The notes: generated by a model not told the origin, from the letters alone. A stretch of DNA of 38,480 nt from a virus (IMGVR_UViG_3300045996_001293:1-38480); one strand, 5' to 3'. Positions 27,418-35,289 are shown, counted from the stretch's first letter. A program made the numbers and translations.

Positions 27418-28909
27418 GGACTCGCCTCCCGAGTGGCCGGTATGGCGACCACACACTGTCAAGGATGTACTTCTCCAGCGCGACCTTGGGCGTGTTCTGC
27501 AACACGCCGCTCACGGTGGTGCTCACGTCTTTCTGTAGCTGGGCGAACTCCCGCTCCGTGCTCGCTCGGTGGCGCCCCTTGAGGGCGTTGACCGCTGCTG
27601 CGGTGCCGTGCGCCGTGCGGATGTCCTTCAGCAGCAGCTTCCGGTCCCCGGTCAATGTCTTGAACAGGTCCCGGACCTTGCCCTCGTCCGTGTCGAACAA
27701 CCGCTCCTCGCCTGCGCGCTGTCGGAGCTTTACGTGCTTGGCCAGCACGCGGTCCTCCACGGACGTGGTGTACAACTTACCGTTCTTGGCCTGGAACGCA
27801 AAGTCCACGCGGTCGCCCACCACGGTGGCGGCGCTGGTGGGCATGTTGGTGGCACCGAACGCCTTGATGGCGGCGCCGGTGTCGCGGTCACTGCCCGGGC
27901 GCATCCCCGTCTTGGCAATGAGCCGGAGCGCCAGGGCGTCGTCGCCGCTGGCCCCGTCCAGCTTTGTGTTGAACGTTTCCCATTGGTCCGCGAGCGAGCG
28001 CACCCGCTTCGTCTTGAGCGCAGAGTTGGCCTGCTCCGTGGCGTCCAGGTAGAACCGCTTGCTGCGCCCCTTGGCGTCCGTCACCTCGCCCACGTAGCTG
28101 CGCCCGGAGTGGGAGTTGGGCGGGAAGTACCGCTGGTTGGTGTAGCCCGGCGCTGCGAAGCCCTTGCCCGCAATCTCGTTCAGGTGAGACTGGGCCAGCT
28201 CATCCAACGGATTGCCGTCCTCGCCGAGCCAAATGGCGGGACGCTTGGCCTTCTTGGGGAGCGGGCCCGCAATGGCTAGGCTCGAGACGAACTGTCCCTG
28301 ACTGTCGCGCGGGTGCTCGTGCTCCTCGAACGTGGGCTGGGCACGCTTGGCAAAGACGTCCGTACCACGCGGGCCCGCCACCTCGGGTCCGAACTCCAAT
28401 GGGAACGGTGGGGTGTTGAACTCCTCCGGCAGCGGCCCGTTGTAGTACAGTGTGACGTGCGGGGTGTACGCCGGGTAGTCCCAAGTGGCCCCATGCCGGC
28501 GTGCGCCTTTCCACCGAGCTTGCAACGAGGGGCTGCGGAGCTTTAGGACCACCGCCCGGTCAGTCCCGAGCCGTTGCCAGCCGAGGAAGTCCCGTTGCGG
28601 CACAACGAGCGTGTCCTCCTCGGCCAGCCACGGGAACGCGCGGCGGCTGTGGACAATCGTCACGTGCAGGTTGGCGTCCAGCGGGGGCAGCCCCTCCTCT
28701 TGGGCCCACTCCCGGAGCTTGGCGTCGCACGCGGGGGTCAGGGCCCTGGCCACGTACAGCCCCGGGTCGGGTACCAGGAGCGCCTTGAGCATGGCGGCGA
28801 GCGCCTTGCGGCGTCGCTTCATGGGCTTCCATGTTGCGCTATCCGCGTGGACGTCGCCGGGGGTCAGGTCCTTCGTGACCGCGCGGAACGCCTCAGCCCA
28901 AGAGCCCAT
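27410..28909 (-). CDS. Fusion of Acb1-like 2H phosphoesterase and DNA topoisomerase IB catalytic domain
   Basis: LYVAR..WAQEEG, LHVTIVHSR, GATWDYPAYTPHVTLYY (two HxT); linker HPRDSQGQF; then GMRPGS, FGAT, F.AKNGK, KDIRT.HGT, LQNTPKVALEKYI (R-K-R-N-Y); start uncertain (28909 or 28821). Confidence 0.85.
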   Translation of the reverse strand: MGSWAEAFRAVTKDLTPGDVHADSATWKPMKRRRKALAAMLKALLVPDPGLYVARALTPACDAKLREWAQEEGLPPLDANLHVTIVHSRRAFPWLAEEDTLVVPQRDFLGWQRLGTDRAVVLKLRSPSLQARWKGARRHGATWDYPAYTPHVTLYYNGPLPEEFNTPPFPLEFGPEVAGPRGTDVFAKRAQPTFEEHEHPRDSQGQFVSSLAIAGPLPKKAKRPAIWLGEDGNPLDELAQSHLNEIAGKGFAAPGYTNQRYFPPNSHSGRSYVGEVTDAKGRSKRFYLDATEQANSALKTKRVRSLADQWETFNTKLDGASGDDALALRLIAKTGMRPGSDRDTGAAIKAFGATNMPTSAATVVGDRVDFAFQAKNGKLYTTSVEDRVLAKHVKLRQRAGEERLFDTDEGKVRDLFKTLTGDRKLLLKDIRTAHGTAAAVNALKGRHRASTEREFAQLQKDVSTTVSGVLQNTPKVALEKYILDSVWSPYRPLGRRVRA

Positions 28910-29834
28910 CAAGCACCATCCGGATGAAGATCACGCACCGGCAGTTCGGGTGCGCCGCTGGACCCATGATCGTGCTTCCGTCCGGCATGACAAAGGGTTC
29001 GTGAAACGCCACCCCCTCGGGGTTGAGCTCCGGAATGGGCTTGCACATGGGGCAGACGCGCTCGTCCTTCGCCACGTGCCAGAACCGGCGGAGCTCGTGC
29101 GCCTGGACCTTGCCTTCCTGAATGGCCTGCTGCCACTTGAGGTGCCCGCCCTTCCACAGCGCGGTGATGCTCTCCGTGCGCGCGACGGTTTCCGCCCGCT
29201 GCTTGAGGAGCTTCTCCTCGAACCGCTTGACGTGCGTCTCAATGGCGTCCGGGGTCAGGGCGCTCTTGGCCTCGGCGGCCCGGAGAATGCTCCGGTCGAA
29301 CCGCTTGTCCCGGGTGTTGCGCCGCAGGGCTTCCTTGAGCGGCTGGCCCTTCGCGCCCCCGCTGAGGAGCTTGCGGTAGTTGTGTACCGCTTGCACGTCC
29401 TTGGGGGCCATGCCCACCAATGGACGGAGCTGGATTGCCGTCGTGGTGGGGTGAACACCGCCCCGGAGCCCCAGCTCCAGGTGGTGGAGCACTCCCGCGC
29501 GCAGCTCCGCGGACACGTTCTGCACCAGCTTCAACTCACTCTGGCGCAGCGCCGTGCTGACGGCGGGGTTGAAGAGGTTGAAGTTGACGCTCAGGAGCCC
29601 GGGAATCCGCTGTGCGCCACCCACCACGGCCTCCCGCAGGAGCGCCTGGAACTCGCTGAGGTCCAGGTGCTGGAGCAGGAGCTCCGGGTTGTTGGTGCGG
29701 ACCACCTCCGCCAGGAGCTCGGGGCTGGCCCCCGTCTTGAGGTGCGCCACCGCGCGCTGGAAGGCGTCCCGGAGCTTGGGCTCGAGCCGGGTGGCGTAGG
29801 CATCCAGCTCGGCCCAAACGGCCTCGTCGCTCAT
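28893..29834 (-). CDS. Head morphogenesis protein (Mu gpF / SPP1 gp7 family)
   Basis: RAETVARTE, W.VAKDERVCPMC, GPAAHPNCRC; follows the portal gene. Confidence 0.92.
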   Translation of the reverse strand: MSDEAVWAELDAYATRLEPKLRDAFQRAVAHLKTGASPELLAEVVRTNNPELLLQHLDLSEFQALLREAVVGGAQRIPGLLSVNFNLFNPAVSTALRQSELKLVQNVSAELRAGVLHHLELGLRGGVHPTTTAIQLRPLVGMAPKDVQAVHNYRKLLSGGAKGQPLKEALRRNTRDKRFDRSILRAAEAKSALTPDAIETHVKRFEEKLLKQRAETVARTESITALWKGGHLKWQQAIQEGKVQAHELRRFWHVAKDERVCPMCKPIPELNPEGVAFHEPFVMPDGSTIMGPAAHPNCRCVIFIRMVLDGLLG

Positions 29835-29944
29835 TTCTTGGGCTTACAGCCCGCGCACACGCGCGTCGGAATGCCCTTGAGCTCGACCACGCGAGTGTCC
29901 GAGCGATAAAGCCGGCAGAGGGCGCACTGGAGAAGCCGGGCCAT
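29831..29944 (-). CDS. 37-aa zinc-ribbon-like peptide (not in the ORF track)
   Basis: MARLLQCALCRLYRSDTRVVELKGIPTRVCAGCKPKK; starts 3 nt after the portal stop and ends in an ATGA overlap with the MuF gene. Confidence 0.65.
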   Translation of the reverse strand: MARLLQCALCRLYRSDTRVVELKGIPTRVCAGCKPKK

Positions 29945-29947
29945 GGC

Positions 29948-31258
29948 CTAGCCCTGCGTGACGGTGTGGGGCAGGTTGGCCACGGACTTGAGGTGCTGCT
30001 CGAGCTTCGGGTCGGGGAACAATTGCGCGCCCGCGCCCGCAATGGACGTGATGAAGGCGCCCAGCGCCTCGAGGTTCGGCGCCTGGAAGTCGCCCGGCTT
30101 GAGCGTGGGGCGGAGCTTTTCGTCGAAATTGTTGAACTTCCACAACCGCCCCACGAGGTGACGGTTGATTTGGTCTCCAATCACCCCGAGGAACGCTCCG
30201 CCCGCCTTGGCAAAGAGGTCCGTTTTGTCGCTACTGAGGGCGAACGACCCCACGGCTTCCTGACCGAGCATGATGAAGTCCGTCATCATTGAGCTGAGCA
30301 TCCGCCGGTCGTAGCGGTCCACAATGGGGCTCAGGTCAGCGGGCTTCTTGTTGTCCGCCACCACGAACCCCAGGTCGTACAGTGGGGTCTTGGTCTCGTG
30401 GTGGACGTCGCTGGGAATCACCACGCTCCCCATGCGGTCCGCCGCCACCCGGTCCGCCATCTGGCGCCACATGTTCCCAATCGCGAGCTCGGGCCCGCTC
30501 AACCCGCTCTCCAGGTACTTGCCCGGAATGCGCGCCACCACGATGCCTGCCGCGCGCACCGCCGCGCGTCCCTCCGCCTCCTCGATGGTGTTCTTGCGGA
30601 GGTACGTGATGTAGGCGTTGCGCAGAATGCTGCGCCCTTCCGGGCTGCGGAGGCGCGGCGAGGTGGTGAAGTTGAGCAGCTTGTCGCGGGGGATCAGGGC
30701 GTTGGGGCGCCCCAACACGAACTGCTCCAGCCCCAGGAGCTCGCCCGCCTCGTCGAAGTGCCACTGATGCACGGTCTCTTGCGACCGGAGGGCAATCTTC
30801 CCCACGCCGAGGGTGCCGTCCGTGAAGGCGCTGGATTGGCGCGGATCACGCTTGGGGCCTCGGCGGACCTTGTACACCACCTCCATGGGGGCGAAGCCGT
30901 ACTCCAGCATGGAGAGGGCCTCCGCCACGAGGTCCCCGAAGGGGTACATCATGTCCTGGAACAGCACAGACTCGAGCCACTCCTTGGCTTCCACGGCTTC
31001 CGGCGTGTCGTCCTTGGGGTCAATGGTCCACTGGACGTTCCGCAGGAGCATGGTGAACGCGAACAGCGACGCGCCGATGATGGGGTCGTTGTCCGCCATC
31101 TCGCGGTACTTCTTGGCGCCCTGAACCCCCCGGAGCTGGGGGAGGAAGTCCTGGTAGAGGAAGCCCTCGCGCGGGGTCGCGCCCGGGAGCCCTGAGTGAC
31201 CGAGCTCGTGGAGGGCTTCGCCCCGGCTGATAGTGCCGTCCGTCTCGTTGTCAGCCAT
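29948..31258 (-). CDS. Portal protein (DUF935/Mu gp29-like)
   Basis: 436 aa; FLPQLRG..G.K.YREM.DNDP, SMLEYGFAPMEVVYK, PEGRSILRNAY, GSFALS motifs; follows terL. Confidence 0.92.
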   Translation of the reverse strand: MADNETDGTISRGEALHELGHSGLPGATPREGFLYQDFLPQLRGVQGAKKYREMADNDPIIGASLFAFTMLLRNVQWTIDPKDDTPEAVEAKEWLESVLFQDMMYPFGDLVAEALSMLEYGFAPMEVVYKVRRGPKRDPRQSSAFTDGTLGVGKIALRSQETVHQWHFDEAGELLGLEQFVLGRPNALIPRDKLLNFTTSPRLRSPEGRSILRNAYITYLRKNTIEEAEGRAAVRAAGIVVARIPGKYLESGLSGPELAIGNMWRQMADRVAADRMGSVVIPSDVHHETKTPLYDLGFVVADNKKPADLSPIVDRYDRRMLSSMMTDFIMLGQEAVGSFALSSDKTDLFAKAGGAFLGVIGDQINRHLVGRLWKFNNFDEKLRPTLKPGDFQAPNLEALGAFITSIAGAGAQLFPDPKLEQHLKSVANLPHTVTQG

Positions 31259-32537
31259 TGGTCAGGAGCTCGGAGCCAAAGGGGGAATGGAGCACGCCGC
31301 CTTCCACGTTGGCGGACGGAATGTGATGCGCGAGGATGTTCCACTTCTGCCACAGGACGTAGCCCAGGGCGTCCGGCAAGTGGTCCAGCCCTGCGTCCTT
31401 GTCCTGCTGGTTAGTGCCTTCCTTCCACGTCAAACCTTCCAAGCACTTCGTGAGGCGAGGGGTCGTCGAGGGACGCAGGGTGAGGCGACGCCGCCCACTA
31501 CCGGACTTGAGAAGGCTTTGCACGTTGTTGACACGGTCATGCACGCGCGGGTTACTGCGGTTCACCAACACCTCAAAGCCGTTCGCCGCGAGGATAGACA
31601 GGTCCGTTTGCCCCAAGGGCGCGTTGGTACCCTGCTGTGCTCCCGACGCATCCGGGCACACGATCATACGCCGGTCCGGGTACTTGGCCCGGAGCGCCTC
31701 GCACATTTCCTGAGTGTTACTGCTCTGGAGCTCGAGCTCCCCCAACACCTGCGGCCACCCGAGGCAGTCCTGCACAATGACCGCGCTCATGGGGTTGATG
31801 TTGAAGTCCATGCCCACGTACAGGTCGCGCCCGAGGTCAATGATGGCGCTATCCCAGTTGCCCGTGGGCCAGCCGTGGCGCGTGAAGTTGGCGTAGACGC
31901 GACCCTGGAGCGTCTCAAAGCTGGCCTCGAACTCCTGGCGGAAGACGCGCGGGTCCAGGTCAGCGCGGGCCTCGAGGATTTCACTCTGGAACACCCGCCC
32001 GCCATGCGCAGTGGTGAAGGTGAACGCCTCCCAGCCGGGCTTCTTGGCCACACCGCGCATGTGCGCGTCATAGAAGTGGTTGTAGCCCTTGGGCGTCCCG
32101 AAGAAGCCCGCACGCCCCTGCTTGTCCGCCAAGGCGGGGCGGATGACCTCGTCCCACGTGATGGGGTCAATGTCGGCGAACTCGTCAAAGTCCGCCAGGT
32201 CCAGGCCCGGGCCCCGGAGGCTGTCCGGGTTGTTGGCTCCCAGCAACTGGACCCGGCTCCCGTTCACGAGCTCAATGGAGAGCTCGGACTCGTTCTTCCG
32301 GCGGATGTACGCCGGGGGGATCATGTCCTTCAGGGGACGCCAGAAGATGTCCTTCCCCTGCTTGTACGTGGGGAAAATGACCCGGCATTCCTGGTTCGGC
32401 TTACACACCGCCTGATGGTACTGCCGCACCCCGATGAGCGTGGTCTTCCCAAAGCGGCGGCCTGCCACGAGCGTGACAAACCGGGCCGCACTCCGGAAGA
32501 CGCGCGACTGCGCGACACCAAGGGCGGGGGCGCTCAC
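31251..32537 (-). CDS. terL: Terminase large subunit
   Basis: Walker A AGRRFGKT, LRGPGLD, Walker B DFDEFA, GTPKG, nuclease GMDFN and DHLPDALGY; GTG at 32537 overlaps the upstream TGA. Confidence 0.96.
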   Translation of the reverse strand: MSAPALGVAQSRVFRSAARFVTLVAGRRFGKTTLIGVRQYHQAVCKPNQECRVIFPTYKQGKDIFWRPLKDMIPPAYIRRKNESELSIELVNGSRVQLLGANNPDSLRGPGLDLADFDEFADIDPITWDEVIRPALADKQGRAGFFGTPKGYNHFYDAHMRGVAKKPGWEAFTFTTAHGGRVFQSEILEARADLDPRVFRQEFEASFETLQGRVYANFTRHGWPTGNWDSAIIDLGRDLYVGMDFNINPMSAVIVQDCLGWPQVLGELELQSSNTQEMCEALRAKYPDRRMIVCPDASGAQQGTNAPLGQTDLSILAANGFEVLVNRSNPRVHDRVNNVQSLLKSGSGRRRLTLRPSTTPRLTKCLEGLTWKEGTNQQDKDAGLDHLPDALGYVLWQKWNILAHHIPSANVEGGVLHSPFGSELLTNG

Positions 32538-32710
32538 TTGTCGAGCCGGGCGTGATACTTGACGTGCGTGAGGATGCCCGCCACGCTCTGGGCGAACACA
32601 TACCCGCGCCACGCCCGCGTCCCGGCGAGCTCGCGCCAATCCACCTCGTTGGTGGGGACGTCCTCCCCATCCCGAGGGCCGCCATACGCCGTCACAAAGC
32701 CGGGTTTCAT
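32534..32710 (-). CDS. Hypothetical protein (58 aa, GGPRDG motif)
   Basis: MKPGFVTAYGGPRDGE...; ATGA/GTGA-coupled on both sides. Confidence 0.65.
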   Translation of the reverse strand: MKPGFVTAYGGPRDGEDVPTNEVDWRELAGTRAWRGYVFAQSVAGILTHVKYHARLDK

Positions 32711-33009
32711 GCGGCGTGTACCTCGCCATGACGGATGAACCCGTGCCACCCCTGCCGCACCACGCGGTTGGTGTCGGGCTCCACCTCGTACTCGTTGATG
32801 CTGGGGCTCAGGGAGAGCGTGTCGGGGTACGCGCCTGTGGCGGCCCAACGGTAGGTGCCGTCCGGCTGCTGGCCAGCGGTGCGCCCCACCCGAACCCGCA
32901 ACGTGTGGAACGGGCCAAAGGGGCAGTCGCCCCCGAGGGGGCACAGGAACAGCAACACGCCGTCCTCGAGCGTGCCTTTCAAACGCGGGTCCAGGTCAAT
33001 GAGTCGCAT
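32707..33009 (-). CDS. DUF6527-like small metal-binding protein
   Basis: GGAGGAG then ATG 33009; FLCP..C...H, W..TG...DTLSLSPSI, WHGFIRHGEV pattern. Confidence 0.7.
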   Translation of the reverse strand: MRLIDLDPRLKGTLEDGVLLFLCPLGGDCPFGPFHTLRVRVGRTAGQQPDGTYRWAATGAYPDTLSLSPSINEYEVEPDTNRVVRQGWHGFIRHGEVHAA

Positions 33010-33506
33010 GGGGTACTCCTCCGACGTTGCGGCTTGCGGGGGCGGGGTGGACCAAGACACGTGTCGCAGGCAGTGCGTGGGCGGCCTCGGCGCACTTCAA
33101 TCAGGCCGCCGCACGCGCACGTGCGCGGGGTGCGCTTGTGGTAACGCCGGTAGTACGTCTGGTTCCAGCCTGCGCGCCGGGCGGGAATGCACTGGGCGCA
33201 GAACCGGGCTTTGCTGTTCTCGACCCCGGAGGCGCAGACTTGGCACCTGAGCTGGCCCGGGGCCACGGGCGGGAGCAATTGTTGCGGGGCGGCCTGTTTC
33301 TGGTTGCGAGTGACCCCTTCGAGGCAGGGGTAGCACCGCACGCGGGTCCGGCCATTGCCGTCAGACTCCAGCACTTGCCGGCGACCGCAGTCGTGGGCGT
33401 CCGCCCAGCCGATGATTTTGAACGGGGGCGGCATGACCCTTCCTCCTGCTGGCATGGGTTGGGAACTTTCCTTGGGGGGAATCGAGCGCGCGGTAGCGAA
33501 GCTCAC
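32979..33506 (-). CDS. Cys-rich multi-zinc-ribbon protein
   Basis: HDCG, CYPC, CQVC, CAQC, CACG, CDTC; GTGA-coupled to the upstream gene. Confidence 0.6.
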   Translation of the reverse strand: MSFATARSIPPKESSQPMPAGGRVMPPPFKIIGWADAHDCGRRQVLESDGNGRTRVRCYPCLEGVTRNQKQAAPQQLLPPVAPGQLRCQVCASGVENSKARFCAQCIPARRAGWNQTYYRRYHKRTPRTCACGGLIEVRRGRPRTACDTCLGPPRPRKPQRRRSTPCDSLTWTRV

Positions 33507-33937
33507 GGCACAGGGTCCGGCTTGCCCTCGGGCAGCGGGGCGTCCTCAGCGGCCAGCGGGAACACGGGCGCCGGGAGCTTGGCCACGTCTGCCGGGTCCA
33601 TCTCCGCGGTACCCACGAAGCCCAGCCCCACACGGGCGTAGAGCTCCGCGATGGCAATGACGTCCTTGAGCGGCGTGGTGAACACCCCCTCGTGCTGTGC
33701 GTCAATAGCCTGCTCCAGCCGGGGGCGGATGCGCGCATCGAACACGTGCTGCATGGAGAGGCGAATCTCGCCACGGGTGCGGCCACTGAGCTGCGTCCCC
33801 ACGCCGAGCGCCTTGAACGGCTCGAGACTCGGGGGTGGCGCTGGGGCGTCCGCCGGGGGCGTCACAGGCTTCAGGGTCCGCTCATTGGCGGGCCCCTTGC
33901 GCTTGCGGCGCTGATTGCGGTTAGGCTTCTGTGGCAT
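33503..33937 (-). CDS. Hypothetical protein, candidate terminase small subunit
   Basis: 144 aa from ATG 33937; basic N-terminus and helical core; first gene of the operon leading to terL; call is positional only. Confidence 0.45.
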   Translation of the reverse strand: MPQKPNRNQRRKRKGPANERTLKPVTPPADAPAPPPSLEPFKALGVGTQLSGRTRGEIRLSMQHVFDARIRPRLEQAIDAQHEGVFTTPLKDVIAIAELYARVGLGFVGTAEMDPADVAKLPAPVFPLAAEDAPLPEGKPDPVP

Positions 33938-34110
33938 AGGCCCACGGTACACTCACGCGGGCTCTTGGACTACCTCAAGTGCACCGTGGTAGTGGTTGTA
34001 GACAGAGCGACCATAGCTACAACCCACCTTCCACGCGCCTATCCTCCACTCCTCTCACGTTTACAACAAAACCCGTTGTACTCGTGGTACACTTTTCGTT
34101 TTTTATTCTC
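33938..34110. promoter_or_regulatory. Largest intergenic region, AT-enriched, with inverted and direct repeats; likely late-operon control or packaging region
   Basis: Four TACAAC/GTTGTA boxes, two GGTACACT copies, minus-strand TACCGT 6 nt before ATG 33937, T-tract near 34093-34108. Confidence 0.55.
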
Positions 34111-34162
34111 GCGTTGACCCACACGCGTCATGGAGGAGAGAGGGACCACCACCGACTATGCT

Positions 34163-34816
34163 CTAGAACAGCGCGAGCTGGGTTGGCGGGCCACTCAAGT
34201 GCTCCCAACACACCACGCACGTAGGCGCACGCTGACCCGGGACCCCCACCTCAACCACAATCGGCTTGGCGCACCGGGGGCAGGCCGTGGCATTGAGCAA
34301 CACGTCCTTGGCCACGGGAAAGGTGTTCGGTCCCCACACCAAGCTCTGCCCGCGCCCGAACCCCATGGGGAGCTCCGTGTCCTCCCCTTCCAGGAAGGTG
34401 TCAAACAATACCTCCCCCTTGGTCGTCACAGCCCACGCCGCCCAGCCTCGCTTCGCAAAGAGGTGCACTGCCTCCACACTCGACGCCTTCGCCTTGACCC
34501 GGGCCAACCCCCGCTTCCGCGCTGCCGCCTCGGCATGGTCGAGCAACACGCGCATGCTCCCGGTGCGCCGGAACGCGGGGTCCGTGTGGAGCCCGTAGAC
34601 GTTCAGGTGCGTCCGAGTGAAGCCCACGGCGCACAGGGCCGTGACCAGGGTCCCGGCGTGGAGCCCGTACACCGTGGCGCCCCTCCACTTGTACACTCGG
34701 AACTCGGCGAGAAGCGCCCGCTCGTTGGCGAGCGCCTTGCTCTTGCCGAGCTTCCCCCGGAACCGCTTCGTGTACAGATCCACGTCCTGAATGGTCGCGA
34801 GCTCTACGACGCGCAC
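34163..34816 (-). CDS. GNAT-family acetyltransferase with C-terminal zinc ribbon
   Basis: GAGGG then GTG 34816; motif A LHTDPAFRRTGSMRVLL, motif B EAVHLFAKRGW; CPRC..CVVC. Confidence 0.8.
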   Translation of the reverse strand: MRVVELATIQDVDLYTKRFRGKLGKSKALANERALLAEFRVYKWRGATVYGLHAGTLVTALCAVGFTRTHLNVYGLHTDPAFRRTGSMRVLLDHAEAAARKRGLARVKAKASSVEAVHLFAKRGWAAWAVTTKGEVLFDTFLEGEDTELPMGFGRGQSLVWGPNTFPVAKDVLLNATACPRCAKPIVVEVGVPGQRAPTCVVCWEHLSGPPTQLALF

Positions 34817-35289
34817 AGCGCCCTCACAAAGTCTAGGGTGGCGAACCAATTCGCCCCCTGCCCCCACTGCCGGGTGGGACGGTTAATGGCGTCCGTGCTG
34901 ACAATGAACTTTAGCCATTCCGGGCGTCCGTCGGCGCGCCAGTAGTACCAATCCTCGGTCCCTACACGCAGCAGGATGCCACAGCGCCCGCCGTTCCGCG
35001 CCCAGCGGTTCAGCCAGAACGCCTGCGCGGGCTGGAGCCCGTGGCCGCCATAGGTCAACACGGGCGTGGTGCTCAGGTCTTTGGGGAGCGCCTTGAGCCA
35101 CTTGAGCTCCAGGAGCCCGGTCAACGGTTGGCCGTCCGTGTGGAACTTATGGTTCCCCTGTTGGTCTACGGGTTTGAGCGTCCAGAGCGTGTCGGGAATG
35201 CCGTCGTTGAAGCGGTCCGTGAGGCGCTCCACGTGGAGGAACGGCTTCAGCTTGGGCTGGAGGTACTCCCACATATTATTTTCGCTCAC
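34804..35289 (-). CDS. PD-(D/E)xK nuclease (VRR-NUC / Holliday junction resolvase-like)
   Basis: SE..MW, GIPD, LLELK, LQPAQAFWL..W.RNGG motifs; GTG 35289 overlaps the upstream TGA. Confidence 0.85.
   Translation of the reverse strand: MSENNMWEYLQPKLKPFLHVERLTDRFNDGIPDTLWTLKPVDQQGNHKFHTDGQPLTGLLELKWLKALPKDLSTTPVLTYGGHGLQPAQAFWLNRWARNGGRCGILLRVGTEDWYYWRADGRPEWLKFIVSTDAINRPTRQWGQGANWFATLDFVRALCAS

Noticed and set aside
3791-27582. Long plus-strand ORFs (for example 3791-5692, 8443-9771, 10328-12172, 14043-15428, 25747-27582)
   Set aside because: They are antisense shadows of well-supported minus-strand genes; high GC3 suppresses stop codons; no recognisable motifs
27410-28200. Tyrosine recombinase/integrase call for the C-terminal domain of 27410-28909
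   Set aside because: It lacks the HxLR/LGH signature; KDIRT and NTP.V....YI match topoisomerase IB, and no att site is evident
34130-34945. Plus-strand 271-aa ORF downstream of the AT-rich region
   Set aside because: It lies antisense to the GNAT gene (which has clear motifs) and the nuclease 3' end; no SD and no recognisable domain
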